DNA of 64,000 nucleotides, taken from contig CASEHD010000004.1 in assembly GCA_949287655.1 (NCBI GenBank), positions 55 through 64,054 of the forward strand. Reading direction: 5' to 3'. Below are positions 61,354 through 64,000 of the stretch, piece after piece; the stretch's first letter is position 1, and each line of letters starts with the position of its first letter. A program made the translations under genes and the position numbers. This DNA comes from an uncultured Christensenella sp. GTDB taxonomy: Bacteria; Bacillota; Clostridia; Christensenellales; UBA3700. The notes below the pieces were generated by a model. That model worked only from the letters and a program-made list of their open reading frames with translations. It had not been told where the DNA came from and ran no database searches.

Positions 61354-63717
61354 ATGGGCATTATAGATAAAAAGCAAATGACCGAAGAGGACATCAAGTT
61401 GAATTTTATCACGCCGGCAATTTTATCAAAGGGCTGGCAGGATAAAATCACGATGGAAACTCAGCTTAGATTTACAGATGGCAAGGTAAATCTCCGTGGA
61501 AACAAAGTCAGCCGGGAAACGCCTAAAAAAGCGGACTATGTGCTTTATTTTGCAAAAAACAATCCGCTCGCCGTGGTTGAAGCAAAGGACAATAACCACA
61601 GCGTGTCTTTCGGCATGCAGCAGGCAAAGCTCTATGCCAAAATGCTTGACGTCAAGTTTGCATACAGCTCTAACGGCGATGCCTTCCAAGAGTTTGATTT
61701 TATTACGGGAGTTGAGCGCGAAATTGCGTTGGACGAGTTTCCTTCTCCCGAAGAATTGTTTGCCCGCTATCAAAGCGAAATAAACGACGGACAAGGGTTA
61801 TCGGAGAAAGAACTTGCTCTCATCAATCAGCCGTATTATACAAGCCAAAACACTTATCCGCCGAGATATTATCAGCAGGTTGCCGTCAACCGCACAATAG
61901 ACGCCATCGCAAAGGGGCAAAACCGCATTTTGCTTGTCATGGCGACGGGAACGGGGAAGACCTATACCGCTTTCCAAATCGTATATCGCTTGTTGCAGAG
62001 CGGCGCAAAGCAAAAGATACTTTATCTTGCCGACCGCAATAATCTTGTCGATCAGACGATAAGCGGCGATTTTAAGCCGCTTGAAAAAGTCACACACAAA
62101 ATCAATTTTGCAAAAGACGACCGCACCACGATTACTTCCCATCAGGTATATTTCTCCCTCTACCAACAGCTTGTCGGAAACAAGACAACCGAAGAAGAGA
62201 CGGACGAAGAAACGCTTGCGCACTATAAGCAACTGTTTGATAAGGATTTCTTCGATCTGATTATAGTGGACGAATGTCATCGCGGCAGCGCAAAGGAAGA
62301 AAGCCGTTGGCGTAAAGTGCTGGAATACTTCTCCTCTGCAACGCAAATAGGCATGACCGCGACGCCGAAAGAAACCGCTTACATATCCAATATCGATTAT
62401 TTCGGTGAGCCGATTTATAAGTACAGTTTGAAAGAAGGCATCGACGACGGTTTTCTCGCTCCTTTCAAGGTCATACGCATAAGGACGGATATTGATGACG
62501 AATGGCGTCCTCGCAAAGGTCAACGCGACATAAATGGTTATGAAATCGAAGATCGAATCTACAACAACAGCGATTACGATTACAACATCATCATTCAGGA
62601 CCGTATCGACATGGTTGCAACCGAGATCACAAATTATCTCAAAGCGACCGACAGAATGGCAAAGACGATCGTTTTCTGTGCAACGGAAGATGCAGCAGAA
62701 CGGATGCGTGTTGCTCTTACAAAGTTGAACGCCGATATGTGCGCGGAAAATCCGGATTACGTAGTGCGGATCACTGGCAGCGACGATTACGGCAAGAGCA
62801 AGCTTGACTATTTTATATCCGTATCTGCTAAATACCCGGTGATCGCCACTACTTCCAAGCTGCTTTCTACCGGTGCAGACTGCAAAATGGTTAAACTGAT
62901 TGTCATTGATGAAATGATCGGTTCCATGACGGAATTTAAGCAAATCATCGGTCGTGGAACGAGACTGCGTTATGAGGACGGAAAAACACATTTCGTTATC
63001 ATGGATTTCCGCGGCGTGACCAGATTGTTTGCTGATCCCGAGTGGGACGGACCGATCGAACAAGATGACAAATTCCGTCATGTGCAGCCCAAAGAGCCGG
63101 GCGACGATCCGGTCATTCCGCCTGCCCCGCCGGTGGAGCAGAAATATAAATATGTTGTAGACAGCCGCGGCTGCAAAGTGACGGTTTCGCAGCGCATGGT
63201 TTCCGTTTACGATACCGACGGAAAACTCTTGCGGCAGGAAAGCATTATCGATTATACTAAGGCGAATATTTACGGCACATTCTCTTCTTTGGACAATTTT
63301 ATTTTGCAATGGTCTGCCGAAGAAAAGAAAGCCAAGATCCAAGAACTTTTCAATGAACACGGCATTGACTTGGAACAAATCAAAGCCGATGAAGGTATGA
63401 GCGATGTCGATGATTTTGATTTTATCTGTCATATCGCCTTCGACCAGAAGCCTTTGACGCGGAGAGAACGCGCTGAAAACGTTAAAAAACGCAACGTATT
63501 TGCTAAATACGGCGGCGAAGCAAGAGCTGTGCTTGAAGCGTTGTTGGAAAAGTATGCGGACAGCGGCATTTACGAAATCGAAGATATGGATATTCTCAAA
63601 CTCGATCCGTTTGTCAAGTTCGGAAAACCCGCAAAAATCGCTTCGTTATTCGGCGGCAGAGAGGGTTATATCCGAGCGGTAAGAGAACTGGAACAAGAAA
63701 TTTATAAGGCGGCATAA
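61354..63717 (+). CDS. hsdR: Type I restriction endonuclease subunit R (EcoAI/EcoEI-like)
   Basis: ADY...VEAK nuclease motif, QQA..YA, MATGTGKT, DECHRG, TATP, QIIGRGTR, EcoEI-R-type C-terminus. Confidence 0.95.
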   Translation: MGIIDKKQMTEEDIKLNFITPAILSKGWQDKITMETQLRFTDGKVNLRGNKVSRETPKKADYVLYFAKNNPLAVVEAKDNNHSVSFGMQQAKLYAKMLDVKFAYSSNGDAFQEFDFITGVEREIALDEFPSPEELFARYQSEINDGQGLSEKELALINQPYYTSQNTYPPRYYQQVAVNRTIDAIAKGQNRILLVMATGTGKTYTAFQIVYRLLQSGAKQKILYLADRNNLVDQTISGDFKPLEKVTHKINFAKDDRTTITSHQVYFSLYQQLVGNKTTEEETDEETLAHYKQLFDKDFFDLIIVDECHRGSAKEESRWRKVLEYFSSATQIGMTATPKETAYISNIDYFGEPIYKYSLKEGIDDGFLAPFKVIRIRTDIDDEWRPRKGQRDINGYEIEDRIYNNSDYDYNIIIQDRIDMVATEITNYLKATDRMAKTIVFCATEDAAERMRVALTKLNADMCAENPDYVVRITGSDDYGKSKLDYFISVSAKYPVIATTSKLLSTGADCKMVKLIVIDEMIGSMTEFKQIIGRGTRLRYEDGKTHFVIMDFRGVTRLFADPEWDGPIEQDDKFRHVQPKEPGDDPVIPPAPPVEQKYKYVVDSRGCKVTVSQRMVSVYDTDGKLLRQESIIDYTKANIYGTFSSLDNFILQWSAEEKKAKIQELFNEHGIDLEQIKADEGMSDVDDFDFICHIAFDQKPLTRRERAENVKKRNVFAKYGGEARAVLEALLEKYADSGIYEIEDMDILKLDPFVKFGKPAKIASLFGGREGYIRAVRELEQEIYKAA

Positions 63718-63720
63718 CAT

Positions 63721-64000
63721 ATGAGCAACATTTCCGGATTTATTAAACGCTTGCGCGACATAATGCGCAACGATGCAGGTATCAACGGCGACGCACAGCG
63801 CATCGAGCAAATTGCCTGGCTTTTGTTCTTAAAAGTCTACGACACCAAGGAGCAAGACTGGGAATTTGAGGACGACAAGTATCAATCGATTATCCCCGAT
63901 CCCTGCCGCTGGCGCAATTGGGCGCATGAAGAGGGCGGAAAAGGCATGACAAGTGACGCACTTTTGAATTTTGTCAACAATATTCTCTTTCCTGTTTTGA
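63721..64000 (+). CDS. hsdM: Type I restriction-modification methyltransferase subunit M, N-terminal part (cut by the window end)
   Basis: My translation gives MSNISGFIKRLRDIMRNDAGINGDAQRIEQIAWLLFLKVYD..., the typical EcoAI-type HsdM N-terminus. It starts 3 bp after hsdR and is not in the supplied ORF track. Confidence 0.9.
   Translation, partial: MSNISGFIKRLRDIMRNDAGINGDAQRIEQIAWLLFLKVYDTKEQDWEFEDDKYQSIIPDPCRWRNWAHEEGGKGMTSDALLNFVNNILFPVL

Overview
This window looks like chromosomal DNA from an anaerobic Clostridia-like (Bacillota) bacterium, about 50-55% GC by eye. Left to right it holds: the terminal repeat of a probable IS3/IS150-type element; nrdD (fused to a glutaredoxin-like domain) and nrdG, with NrdR boxes at the nrdD promoter; an AraC regulator divergent from a ~16.5 kb operon that joins hexuronate catabolism (eda, kdgK, uxaC, uxuA, uxuB-like) to three Gfo/Idh/MocA oxidoreductases, a TIM-barrel isomerase/lyase, PHP and GDPD phosphoesterases, an (alpha/alpha)6 glycosidase, an MFS transporter and a lipoprotein; copA-aroF; a stand-alone GlmU acetyltransferase domain with glmM; several lipoproteins; argGHCJBDF; HU; pflBA behind a ZMP/ZTP riboswitch and NrdR-like boxes; a GH2 beta-galactosidase; a CPA2 antiporter; alkD-like and pdxK genes. 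The last ~5 kb is a defence island: small HTH, GIY-YIG/DUF4357 nuclease, a low-GC caspase-like protease plus short TIR gene pair (type IV Thoeris-like), then type I R-M hsdR and the start of hsdM. The best leads are the caspase-TIR cassette nested in the R-M operon, the uronate-linked oxidative glycoside-cleavage cluster, and the apparent dual NrdR/ZTP control of pflB. All calls come from reading motifs by eye; no database search was run.
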